Below, piece after piece: positions 38,570 through 46,940 of a stretch of DNA of 64,000 nt (position 1 is the first letter of the stretch; each line of letters starts with the position of its first letter). The stretch comes from a virus. The position numbers were made by a program, and so were the translations under genes. The DNA lies in IMG/VR virus record IMGVR_UViG_3300020455_000014, positions 3,275 to 67,274 of that record. The stretch is one strand, 5' to 3'. The notes beneath the pieces were generated by a model. That model had not been told where the DNA came from. It searched no databases and saw only the letters and a program-made list of their open reading frames with translations.

Positions 38570-38955
38570 GATCTATTCTTCCTAACTGATATGACATATT
38601 CCGTTTCAGTATTTAAACCTTCTGGTAATTTGTCGGGGTTTTCTTCTAAAAACTGTCTTACATGTGTTTGATTAAGACGTTTATCAAGGAACTCTGGAAC
38701 AGCATTGTCAACAATAAACTTATACATAGATTCCCAATCAGCAGTCCAATACTTAGTTTTTGCAGTCCTATAAAACATACCCTCGGCAGTTTTAGCACTT
38801 TCTAAGTTATTAATATCGGAATACTCATTGATTGCCTGTTTAATCATATCTTGTTGTCTTACAAGATCAGAATCTTTTTCTTTAAAACTTGCTTGTAAGC
38901 TAGACCGCTCATCTCTTATTTTTATATAAGCTTTTATTAATTTTGCTATATCCAT
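38566..38955 (-). CDS. Hypothetical replication-module protein
   Basis: ATG 38955 with GAGGAGG RBS; coiled N-terminus, DW..Y.FI...PEGL pattern. Confidence 0.6.
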   Translation of the reverse strand: MDIAKLIKAYIKIRDERSSLQASFKEKDSDLVRQQDMIKQAINEYSDINNLESAKTAEGMFYRTAKTKYWTADWESMYKFIVDNAVPEFLDKRLNQTHVRQFLEENPDKLPEGLNTETEYVISVRKNRS

Positions 38956-39003
38956 AAGTTCCTCCTCGCTTTGAATAATTAACATATAGTATCATATAAT
39001 ACA

Positions 39004-40539
39004 TTAGTCAAGTATTTCTTTGTATAAATCTATAATTTTTGTGTGAATGTGTATTCTATTATCTAATAGTCTGTAAACGTGTTTCTCCGCATCAGATCCT
39101 TGTAGTTGCACAACTGTACATTTATGTGTCTGACCACTCCTATGTATACGAGCGTTGGCTTGAGCATAAGTTTCAAGGCTACTCGTGGGGCCCCACCATA
39201 CAACAGTATTAGCGCGTGTTAACGTGATACCGTGTGCTGCTGCTTGTGGTTGTATCACAAGGACTTGTGGGTCTTCGGTCTCTTGAAAATATTTAAATAT
39301 GTTAGTACGTTTTGTTAAAGGCACTGAACCATCTATAATCTCTGCATGTATCCCATCTTTGTTCAGAGCTTGCGATACCATTTGTATGGCATGTTTAAAA
39401 GGTACAAATACTAATACTTTTTGGCTTGACTCATCTATAACCTCACGCAGAACTTTATACCTATTGTCAATATCGAAACCTATAGCTTCCCCGTCATCGG
39501 TATATATACCACCTGCGGATATTTGTAGTAACTTGTTAAGGTGTACAGCTGCGTTCACGGCGGTAATCTCTTCGCCTAACACTTCCATAACCATAAGGTC
39601 TTGTAGCTTCTTATAATATTTATTTTGTTGGGGGGTAAGTTCTACTTTTCTCTTGACATAGATCATCTCTGGAAGGTCAAGACATTCATCTTTTGTAAAT
39701 CGTATCGCAGGTTGTAATGCTTTATGCACTACTTCTACTGCATCTTCTCTAGGTTTCCAAGTAAATTGGGATACTCTAAACATAACTCGTTCTTTAAATG
39801 TACTAAAGAAAGAAGGTACACCTGATGGATTGACAAGTTTAGCTAACCCATAAGCATCAACTGGACTTTGGGAAGCAGGAGTTCCTGTCATTAACCATAA
39901 CCAAGGATTAGATTCCTTAATTATTTTATATAGTTTTTTCCATCTGGTCGTCTGTGCATTTTTATAATGAGTTGCTTCGTCCACTATCACCAGATCAAAA
40001 TCACATTTTACCAGATCATCTATGACTATGGCAATACCATCATAGTTAATAATTGTAAATTCTGTGCTTGACTTTAGAATTTCTTTTCTTTTCTTTGCTG
40101 TACCATGTGCAATTGATACACTCCTATGTGGAGCAAAGGTAAATAAATCTTCTCTCCATGCACTATCCATAATAGACAAAGGGCATATTATAAGAACACG
40201 CTTGACTAATCCTATATTCATAAGGTAGTCAGATGCCCAAATAGCACTTGCCGTTTTACCCGTACCTTGTTCGTTAAAACAAAAAGCTTTTCTATGTAAA
40301 GTTAAAAAAGATGCGGTATGTATTTGATGTTTAAATGGGGTCTTGCCAGGCCAGGAATACTGTCCGCATATAGGTGATGGTACGTTAATCTTTAACGCAT
40401 TTAATATTGCACTTTCTTTTAACCCCCAATCAACCATGACTTTGTTGTCTGGAAGCTCCTTGCTACTTGTTATATGATTTATCACTCGTTTGGGGTCACG
40501 TAATCGTAACAACAAACTTTTGTTGTCTATTATCTCCAC
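39004..40539 (-). CDS. SNF2-family helicase
   Basis: EQGTGKT, DEAT, MTGTP, HGITL and QANARIHRSGQ helicase motifs. Confidence 0.9.
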   Translation of the reverse strand: MEIIDNKSLLLRLRDPKRVINHITSSKELPDNKVMVDWGLKESAILNALKINVPSPICGQYSWPGKTPFKHQIHTASFLTLHRKAFCFNEQGTGKTASAIWASDYLMNIGLVKRVLIICPLSIMDSAWREDLFTFAPHRSVSIAHGTAKKRKEILKSSTEFTIINYDGIAIVIDDLVKCDFDLVIVDEATHYKNAQTTRWKKLYKIIKESNPWLWLMTGTPASQSPVDAYGLAKLVNPSGVPSFFSTFKERVMFRVSQFTWKPREDAVEVVHKALQPAIRFTKDECLDLPEMIYVKRKVELTPQQNKYYKKLQDLMVMEVLGEEITAVNAAVHLNKLLQISAGGIYTDDGEAIGFDIDNRYKVLREVIDESSQKVLVFVPFKHAIQMVSQALNKDGIHAEIIDGSVPLTKRTNIFKYFQETEDPQVLVIQPQAAAHGITLTRANTVVWWGPTSSLETYAQANARIHRSGQTHKCTVVQLQGSDAEKHVYRLLDNRIHIHTKIIDLYKEILD

Positions 40540-40551
40540 ACTGTTCCTCCC

Positions 40552-40797
40552 TTATTTTTTCTTTTGATAATTCCTACTTCTATTCTTTGATGGACTTTCC
40601 AACCTCGTTCCTTGCTTATTTGATCCACCTTTACTTAAAGCTTTATTATGAGATACGTCTTTACCTTTTCTACTTATACCTTTTTTATCATAAGCACGTC
40701 TTGCCCTCTGGCGTTCCATTCTATTTGCATGTTCACCTCTTGCTTTTTGTTTTTTATACTCATGCTTGTAAGGTCTTGGTGATTTTGTATATGGCAT
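40552..40797 (-). CDS. Small basic HNH-like protein
   Basis: GKDVSHNKALSKGGSN...NRSRN. Confidence 0.55.
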   Translation of the reverse strand: MPYTKSPRPYKHEYKKQKARGEHANRMERQRARRAYDKKGISRKGKDVSHNKALSKGGSNKQGTRLESPSKNRSRNYQKKK

Positions 40798-40800
40798 TTG

Positions 40801-40962
40801 CTACCTCTTCTTATGTCTTTGCACGGTATCATATAATTTTAACTGTGCTTCATTCAAATCTTGATACTCTTTCGTATTTTTTAAGTAAAGTTCACTATCT
40901 ATATAATAGTTGATAGCTTGTATAATTAATTTTACTTCTTGTTCTTCTAAATCTACTAACAT
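40801..40962 (-). CDS. Hypothetical 53-aa protein (not in ORF track)
   Basis: MLVDLEEQEVKLIIQAINYY...; TAATG coupling; fills the gap exactly. Confidence 0.55.
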   Translation of the reverse strand: MLVDLEEQEVKLIIQAINYYIDSELYLKNTKEYQDLNEAQLKLYDTVQRHKKR

Positions 40963-41636
40963 TACCTATTTGCTCCATTGTATATACATTCCGATACAAC
41001 GCAATGTCTGTAACAAAGACCACTAGGGTGAGGATTCCAGACACCCGTATTCAATGCTACTTTCATTCTATCGTGCCTACCTCTCCATTGTTCCCATAAT
41101 ACACTAATTTGTCCTCTATTGTAACTCTCCTTTATAAATTTTTTCTTTACAGTAAACAATAATCCTGCATGGATTTTATCCACATCTGGAAAGTGAGCAA
41201 ACACAGATAAAGCCATAAGTTCTAATTGTCCTGTGTCAGCAGTTTGAACATTCTTACCTGTTTTGTAATCTATGATCCATGCTTTATCATCTCTTATGAT
41301 TACCAAGTCTACTATACCTCTCCACCAAGCATACCTATCGTTAAACTTGCATGGCTTTAAATCTTCCGTTAAACCCATACGCATTTCTGTAAACTTGTTA
41401 CCACGCCTGTTGTTAAGTGCCTTGAGAACTTTTTGCATATAAGAAAATTTAGGAGGAACTGGTTTCCCATCACGTATGTACTCTTCAGCAACAAGATGAG
41501 CTTGTGTACCATAACGCATGGCTTCTGTTTCTTTTTCAGTATAATCCTTTAGCACTTTCACATGGTAAAACTGTTTAGGGCATTGCTCAAAAGATTTAAG
41601 CCTACTAAAAGACCAAGGAGTTATGCTCACTCGCAA
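40962..41636 (-). CDS. Cas4/RecB-like PD-(D/E)xK exonuclease
   Basis: WSFSRL...CP, GT.AH, GIVDL, IIDYKTG, QL, C-terminal CxxxCxxxxC. Confidence 0.85.
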   Translation of the reverse strand: MRVSITPWSFSRLKSFEQCPKQFYHVKVLKDYTEKETEAMRYGTQAHLVAEEYIRDGKPVPPKFSYMQKVLKALNNRRGNKFTEMRMGLTEDLKPCKFNDRYAWWRGIVDLVIIRDDKAWIIDYKTGKNVQTADTGQLELMALSVFAHFPDVDKIHAGLLFTVKKKFIKESYNRGQISVLWEQWRGRHDRMKVALNTGVWNPHPSGLCYRHCVVSECIYNGANR

Positions 41637-43447
41637 TCTCCATAAGATTTTCCTGTTCCAGACTCACAATTCACGGGAAGTCCTCCTGCCCATATCGGTG
41701 TCCACCTCATACATTCTTCAATAAATTGTTGTGCTTCTTTTGTTTCTTCTTCTTTTACACAACACAAAATGCTATCGTGAACAGTTAAAACAACTCTATA
41801 CCTCTCTGCTATTCTTAGCATTTGTTCACCAATAATGCAACGTGCTATCGCTTGGCATACATTTTCTATTATTTTACCACCATATATACGGGTCTCACCA
41901 TTACGTGTTCTATAGGTATAATCAAAACCTATATCTGTTTTTGTAGCTTTCAACCCATCATATGCAATATACAAACCAGAGGGTAATTTTATTCTACCAT
42001 TTTGCACTTGTAAAACACCATGCAAGCCAAAAGATGTATCTTCTTTATTGGTAGCGTCCTTCAGGTAGTGTTGTGCAGAACGCCATAACTTGTTAATCTT
42101 CCAGTTCGTACTCCTGTAGATCTGTATTACACGTCTTGCTTCATCAATATCCATATCAAAACCAAATGTTTTTAGTTGGTTCTGAAACTTGACTGCACCC
42201 ATACCATACCCTGCTCCAAGTATAGTTGTCTTCCCTACAAATCTTTGGTCTTTAGTTACCTTATCTTCTTCCACACCATAAATAGCTGATGCCATTTTCT
42301 TGTAGACATCATCACCATTTCTAAATGCTTGTGTTAAATCGTCCTGTTGTGCAAGCCATGCCAACACCCTAGCTTCTATCTGTGAAGAATCAGCATCTAC
42401 AAGCATATGACCTTTGGGGGCAATGATACTACGTTTTAGTTTTTTGCCATCTGCTCCACGACTAGGTAGATTTTGTAAGTTTATCTTATCATCTCCACCC
42501 CATCTCCCTGTATGAGCAGAGTAGTATCTTATTGGTACAGGCAACAAGCCACGTTTACTTATGTCTATAAATCTTTGAGTTCTAGTTTCTTCTAATGTGC
42601 TTTTAACCCCAAGTCTTGCATTAACTAATGCTCTCACTTTTTCATCGGGGTGCTGACATAATTTTTTAAACTCTTCATCTGCCTTTGCTAATGCTAAAGT
42701 TTCTTTGCCAGTTGTAGGACTTATCTTGGTTGGAGGTTCTACCCCTAGCTTTCTTAATAGTTCCGCAAACTTTAAGTTACTTAGGAGGTCATCACGACTT
42801 GTTTTAGGGCCCTCTAACAGAGCTTCCTTACGTTGACGTGTTTCCATGAGATGTTGCTCCAGTAGATCGAGATCCAAATCTAAGACGGGGTCTATAAACA
42901 TACGTAGGGTAGTATCTATTAATTTAAGTTCCTTTTTAGGGAAGTTCTTTCCCATCTGTTTGAACAACTCAAAAGTTAAATCAACGTCATTAATGCAATA
43001 GTCACCAAATTTAGATAGTTCTTCTGGTGTAAAATCTTTTCTGTGCTTACCTACAGTATTTAGTATCTCTTTTCCCTTTACACCGATACCATACTTTTTA
43101 GACAAGGCATCAAGGCTCGCACTTCTGTCCACTCCATGCAAACCTCTAGCCATACACAATGTATCTGCAAACAATTTTGGTTTAATGTCAAACACCCAAT
43201 TAAGAATAGCACCATCAAACATAGTGTTATGTGCGTTTAGAACACTGGAAGGCCAGGGAAACGTAAGTAAATACTCCTTAACTTGTTCGTGTGTACCACT
43301 CGCCCACTGGGTTTCCTGATTGTTTAGCTTAATACCTAAACCTATTACTTCAAAGTGTGGACTACGTATATACTCTTCAGTTGTTAACTTCTTCAAAGAG
43401 TATTGCTTGTCGTAATAGGTTTCAAAGTCTAGTGTAATTAAGTTCAT
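41627..43447 (-). CDS. polA: DNA polymerase family A with 3'-5' exonuclease domain
   Basis: LDFET, AHN..FD, YC..D exonuclease motifs; HTGRW, NLQNLP, DSSQIEAR, R...K...LG..YG, VHD polymerase motifs. Confidence 0.9.
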   Translation of the reverse strand: MNLITLDFETYYDKQYSLKKLTTEEYIRSPHFEVIGLGIKLNNQETQWASGTHEQVKEYLLTFPWPSSVLNAHNTMFDGAILNWVFDIKPKLFADTLCMARGLHGVDRSASLDALSKKYGIGVKGKEILNTVGKHRKDFTPEELSKFGDYCINDVDLTFELFKQMGKNFPKKELKLIDTTLRMFIDPVLDLDLDLLEQHLMETRQRKEALLEGPKTSRDDLLSNLKFAELLRKLGVEPPTKISPTTGKETLALAKADEEFKKLCQHPDEKVRALVNARLGVKSTLEETRTQRFIDISKRGLLPVPIRYYSAHTGRWGGDDKINLQNLPSRGADGKKLKRSIIAPKGHMLVDADSSQIEARVLAWLAQQDDLTQAFRNGDDVYKKMASAIYGVEEDKVTKDQRFVGKTTILGAGYGMGAVKFQNQLKTFGFDMDIDEARRVIQIYRSTNWKINKLWRSAQHYLKDATNKEDTSFGLHGVLQVQNGRIKLPSGLYIAYDGLKATKTDIGFDYTYRTRNGETRIYGGKIIENVCQAIARCIIGEQMLRIAERYRVVLTVHDSILCCVKEEETKEAQQFIEECMRWTPIWAGGLPVNCESGTGKSYGDCE

Positions 43448-43566
43448 CAGTCTTTAAAAAAAGCTATATAAATGCAAAGACCAAGTATGATGAGTTTACC
43501 ATAATCTAAATCCCATTTAGTACCCTCACCAAACATATTATAATAATCTTCAATTTTCTTTCTCAT
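43447..43566 (-). CDS. Putative 39-aa membrane peptide (not in ORF track)
   Basis: MRKKIEDYYNMFGEGTKWDLDYGKLIILGLCIYIAFFKD; TGATG coupling to the polymerase start. Confidence 0.5.
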   Translation of the reverse strand: MRKKIEDYYNMFGEGTKWDLDYGKLIILGLCIYIAFFKD

Positions 43567-43735
43567 TTACCATCTCCTCTTTTGGTTGTGCCATTTGTTG
43601 GCAAGTTAATCCATTACAACAATCATCTACTACACTCATACAAATAATACATTGGTAATGACCATGTATTGGAATCATGCTCGTTTCTTGCCCACATCTA
43701 GGGCATATCGTTATTTGTTTTACCATGAAATTCAC
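43550..43735 (-). CDS. Small Cys-rich (zinc-ribbon-like) protein
   Basis: CPRC...HGHYQCIIC...DCCNG. Confidence 0.6.
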   Translation of the reverse strand: MNFMVKQITICPRCGQETSMIPIHGHYQCIICMSVVDDCCNGLTCQQMAQPKEEMVNEKEN

Positions 43736-43979
43736 CTCCTAATGCTCCGTATCCACAAATATCCACCCACGAATCTTCTTTATCGGAGTGTATTAACCTA
43801 GCCATTTTCATAGCTACCATACATAATATAACGTGTTTTACTGTTATCTCTCGCTCAAGGATGACACTCCACAAGTCAGCTATCCTTTTGTGATTAGTAT
43901 AAGCATCACCATAATCTTTGGCTCTATCACCATTAATTAGGCTCATTGCTACTTGTAATATATCATCTCTATTTTTCAT
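43698..43979 (-). CDS. DUF6378-like protein (related to phage nucleotide kinases)
   Basis: GDRAKDYGD...IADLWS...KMAR...DSWVDICGY. Confidence 0.7.
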   Translation of the reverse strand: MKNRDDILQVAMSLINGDRAKDYGDAYTNHKRIADLWSVILEREITVKHVILCMVAMKMARLIHSDKEDSWVDICGYGALGGEFHGKTNNDMP

Positions 43980-43999
43980 TTGTTCTCCCTTTTTATTTG

Positions 44000-44206
44000 C
44001 CCCTAGAGCTGATAATGAGCATTTGTAGATGCTCCCCTAGGGGACTAAGTTTATCGTACTTTCTCCGACAAGGTCAATAGTTGAAAGGAGTCAGACATGA
44101 ATACAATCTGCTAAAAAACTACCCCTTGTTGCAATGGTTATTCATATGTAAAGGCACTCATTGCTTACCCTTTTCGGAGGGGACAAACTAAAAAACCCCC
44201 GACTAG
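44000..44206 (-). ncRNA. Candidate ~205-nt structured RNA (four hairpins, predicted kissing loop)
   Basis: Non-coding gap with four consecutive stems; loop-loop complementarity AUGAAUA/UAUUCAU; strand inferred from the operon. Confidence 0.5.
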
Positions 44207-44211
44207 ACAAC

Positions 44212-44550
44212 TCATTGCATCATTTTGTAAACATCATCATAGTTAACTTCGCAAGTATTTCCTGCAACATGACCTATAATTATATCTACAATATTGTGCA
44301 TATTACTCTCGTTAACTACCAAAGCCATACCACCTGCCTTACTAATATCTCTTAAATTATTTTCTTGTAAAGCAGTTGGTTTATTTTTCCCTGCCTTACA
44401 CTCTAATGCTATAAAATATCCTTCATAACATAATACTATATCTGGAACGCCACTACCTCCGTACCCACCTGTGACGGGATAGAAATAGTATGCACCCATA
44501 GTTTTTAGGGCAGTTGTTACAACTTTTTTAACTTTTGCTTCTGGTTTCAA
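44212..44550 (-). CDS. VRR-NUC domain nuclease (Holliday-junction-resolvase-like)
   Basis: PEAKVK...SGVPDI...FIALECKA...PTALQ; probable TTG start at 44550. Confidence 0.85.
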   Translation of the reverse strand: MKPEAKVKKVVTTALKTMGAYYFYPVTGGYGGSGVPDIVLCYEGYFIALECKAGKNKPTALQENNLRDISKAGGMALVVNESNMHNIVDIIIGHVAGNTCEVNYDDVYKMMQ

Positions 44551-44702
44551 AATGGTATCTCCTCTCCTTCGTGTTTTGGTATCCAAACTTCGTATTTAGG
44601 TAGTGTATCATTACCTTGTTTTTCTGGTAAAGTTATTTCTTCAAGTATACCATACTCTCGCATAAACATTACCAAATCAAGAGGTAAATTATTTGTTTTC
44701 AT
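44547..44702 (-). CDS. 51-aa protein ending in EEIPF (not in ORF track)
   Basis: MKTNNLPLDLVMFMREYGILEEITLPEKQGNDTLPKYEVWIPKHEGEEIPF; overlaps both neighbours. Confidence 0.6.
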   Translation of the reverse strand: MKTNNLPLDLVMFMREYGILEEITLPEKQGNDTLPKYEVWIPKHEGEEIPF

Positions 44703-44991
44703 ATTTTTTAGTCACAATGCTACTGATAATGTTTGACATTCTTACAGACATTTTTGCATCATGCTTGTCAAAATATTCTTGTACTTCTCTCAAAGTCCAT
44801 AGGAGTACGTCTTCCCTTCTTTTTTCAAAAGCCTCTGCTCTTTCTTTTCTAGCTTTTACTCTTTCTAAATAAGTATTACGTTTAGTTTTTTGAGCTTTCT
44901 GTTCTTTATACTTTGTCAGAGCCTGTCTACCTATACCAAAGTAGCTAGCTTTCTTAATTGGTTTTAATTTAAATTCTTCTTCTATTGACAT
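44689..44991 (-). CDS. Hypothetical basic protein
   Basis: ATG 44991 with GAGGT RBS (MSIEEEF...). Confidence 0.55.
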   Translation of the reverse strand: MSIEEEFKLKPIKKASYFGIGRQALTKYKEQKAQKTKRNTYLERVKARKERAEAFEKRREDVLLWTLREVQEYFDKHDAKMSVRMSNIISSIVTKKYENK

Positions 44992-45024
44992 ATTACCTCG
45001 CTTATTTGTTGTTGGAACTGGTAT

Positions 45025-45056
45025 CAACCCACTCAACCGTGAGGTCAAGTGGGTTG
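45025..45056 (-). promoter_or_regulatory. 14-bp intergenic hairpin without U-tract (processing/regulatory site)
   Basis: CAACCCACUUGACC-ucac-GGUUGAGUGGGUUG, fully paired with two G-U pairs on the minus strand. Confidence 0.5.
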
Positions 45057-45069
45057 GGCAAAGGTTAGA

Positions 45070-45342
45070 CTAACCGTATATCCAGAATGTTTCTTCTGAT
45101 AATCGTTTTCCTATTCCTTTCACTTCGGTTGGTGGTGGGTTGGGGTCGCACAACATAAGTATAGCTATACGACCTTGTATCCACCTCGGTAATTCATTTA
45201 TACCCATATAACAATTATCAAGTGTGTTGTCAAGACATTCAATACCAATACATATCACATTAACTCTTTTCTTATCCTTTGGTATGTTAACGTGATATAC
45301 TACACCATCTGGTATATTATTGAGTGACATAAAAACAACCAC
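45070..45342 (-). CDS. Hypothetical early protein
   Basis: 90 aa; LPRWIQGRIAILM...VKGIGKR resembles the C-terminus of the upstream ORF. Confidence 0.6.
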   Translation of the reverse strand: MVVFMSLNNIPDGVVYHVNIPKDKKRVNVICIGIECLDNTLDNCYMGINELPRWIQGRIAILMLCDPNPPPTEVKGIGKRLSEETFWIYG

Positions 45343-46234
45343 TGCTTTCTTTGTAGCCTACATCATCAACAAACTCTTGTTCTTTGAGCATAGTAAGACA
45401 AGATAGTTTACCCATGATATCTTCGGGTATCGTGTCCTCTGTGTAGGTATTCAGTTGACCATTTGCTTTTTCAATCGCAGAGTTGGGGTCATGGTTTATA
45501 TTGTCAAAAGGTACAACGTCAAACTTCTGTTGTCCATCTTCCATATACACCCTAACGTGATACAGACTAAGAGTTTTTCTATCTCTTTCCCTAGATACAT
45601 CATAGGCTTCTAAAAAGTCAGAAACAGCACCCCCGAATGATTTGTCAATAAACTCATAGCCACTATCTAGGATAGACTTAAACTCCTTCGCAAGTTTATC
45701 CTCGTTATACATAGTGCTAGATAAGTTTCTCAGCTTTTGACTAAGGTCGTAACCTATATCATCAAACTTTCTCTTAGCATCACGTAGATGTAAACTTGCA
45801 ATATCATAAGCATTTGGATTACGTAACCATTTGCAAGCGTTCTTAACGGCTTTAGTTTCATGTATTGTTCTCACCATGTGATAAGGTGTGCTATAGTCAC
45901 TATACTTATTGTTCTCAATAGGGTGAGAATAAACTGCGTACTCATCTTCTGCTCCAGATACATGAGTATTAAAATCACCATAGCCTATGTAACCCATAGT
46001 GTATGGCATATCTTTCATATATACCCACAGTTCTGGACTACTGCTATTGTCTCTCTTCCATGCAAACGAGATACCACGCATAGCATTAGCGAGCCTTGTT
46101 GCCATACCATGTAACCTTGAGTATCGCCTATAATCTTTAAAGCTACTTCCAAGCAAAGTATTGATATCAAGTTCTTCTAACTCTTCAGTTAGCTTTCTCT
46201 CAAAGTTATGTTTTGTAAAATTACTTGTGTCCAT
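45317..46234 (-). CDS. Hypothetical early protein
   Basis: 305 aa ORF with RBS and TAATG coupling. Confidence 0.65.
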   Translation of the reverse strand: MDTSNFTKHNFERKLTEELEELDINTLLGSSFKDYRRYSRLHGMATRLANAMRGISFAWKRDNSSSPELWVYMKDMPYTMGYIGYGDFNTHVSGAEDEYAVYSHPIENNKYSDYSTPYHMVRTIHETKAVKNACKWLRNPNAYDIASLHLRDAKRKFDDIGYDLSQKLRNLSSTMYNEDKLAKEFKSILDSGYEFIDKSFGGAVSDFLEAYDVSRERDRKTLSLYHVRVYMEDGQQKFDVVPFDNINHDPNSAIEKANGQLNTYTEDTIPEDIMGKLSCLTMLKEQEFVDDVGYKESSGCFYVTQ

Positions 46235-46428
46235 TACAGACCTTCCTTTCTTATATATGTTAGTGTATCACTAACGTCTTGGGGTTTCTCTAATAAGTCC
46301 TTGAGTGTGATATAATCATGGTAGATATGATCGCATTCCCAAGGGTTCTTACATTCTTTATGTTGTAAGGCTATCGGTTCGATATGCTCCAACAATCTAT
46401 GTAATGATTTCATATGATAATGTTTCAT
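46234..46428 (-). CDS. Hypothetical early protein
   Basis: 64 aa, GAGGT RBS. Confidence 0.5.
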   Translation of the reverse strand: MKHYHMKSLHRLLEHIEPIALQHKECKNPWECDHIYHDYITLKDLLEKPQDVSDTLTYIRKEGL

Positions 46429-46430
46429 AG

Positions 46431-46940
46431 TTATACTACCTCTCTTTCTTTGTGTGCAATAAAGTCTTTTACCGACATAAGGTTCATAAAATTGTGTTGA
46501 ATATGTTTTGATATGAACATTGAGCTGTCAAGATGATCTGCAAGAGTTCGACCCTCAATACAACCACTATCCTCTTCACGGCTTTCGTCATCATCAGTAT
46601 CTTCTCCAACACGTATAAACTTGTAAGCATATGGAAAGCTACGTTCCTTTTTGAAGTCCCTACATACATCACGTAAAGAATTAATACAATGAACATCTTG
46701 GTAGCCATTACCAAAAGGATTTTCTTCGTACCACTTCCACTGTTCAGCAACGACAACAATACTATACACTTTGTTTGGGAGTTTATCTGGGTTGATTGGT
46801 TTCTCCTCACATATCTTAGTGTGTTCTGACAAATCATACTCTGCGTATCGTTTGTCCATTGACCAAGCAGTAAACACTTCTTGCATATGGCTTATGTCCA
46901 TAAAAGAATGCACTATAACTAGATCGCTACGATATCCCAT
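46431..46940 (-). CDS. Hypothetical early protein
   Basis: 169 aa; MGYRSD...WKWY...FIRVGED..D pattern seen in phage early genes. Confidence 0.65.
   Translation of the reverse strand: MGYRSDLVIVHSFMDISHMQEVFTAWSMDKRYAEYDLSEHTKICEEKPINPDKLPNKVYSIVVVAEQWKWYEENPFGNGYQDVHCINSLRDVCRDFKKERSFPYAYKFIRVGEDTDDDESREEDSGCIEGRTLADHLDSSMFISKHIQHNFMNLMSVKDFIAHKEREVV

Noticed and set aside
38986-39012. Internal minus-strand promoter (TTGACT...TACTAT)
   Set aside because: Spacing is only 14 bp. An extended -10 alone is possible but too weak to call in AT-rich DNA.
44083-44114. Plus-strand GAAAGGAG RBS with ATG (peptide MNTIC)
   Set aside because: Five codons, antisense to the operon and with no evident promoter; better explained as part of the structured RNA.
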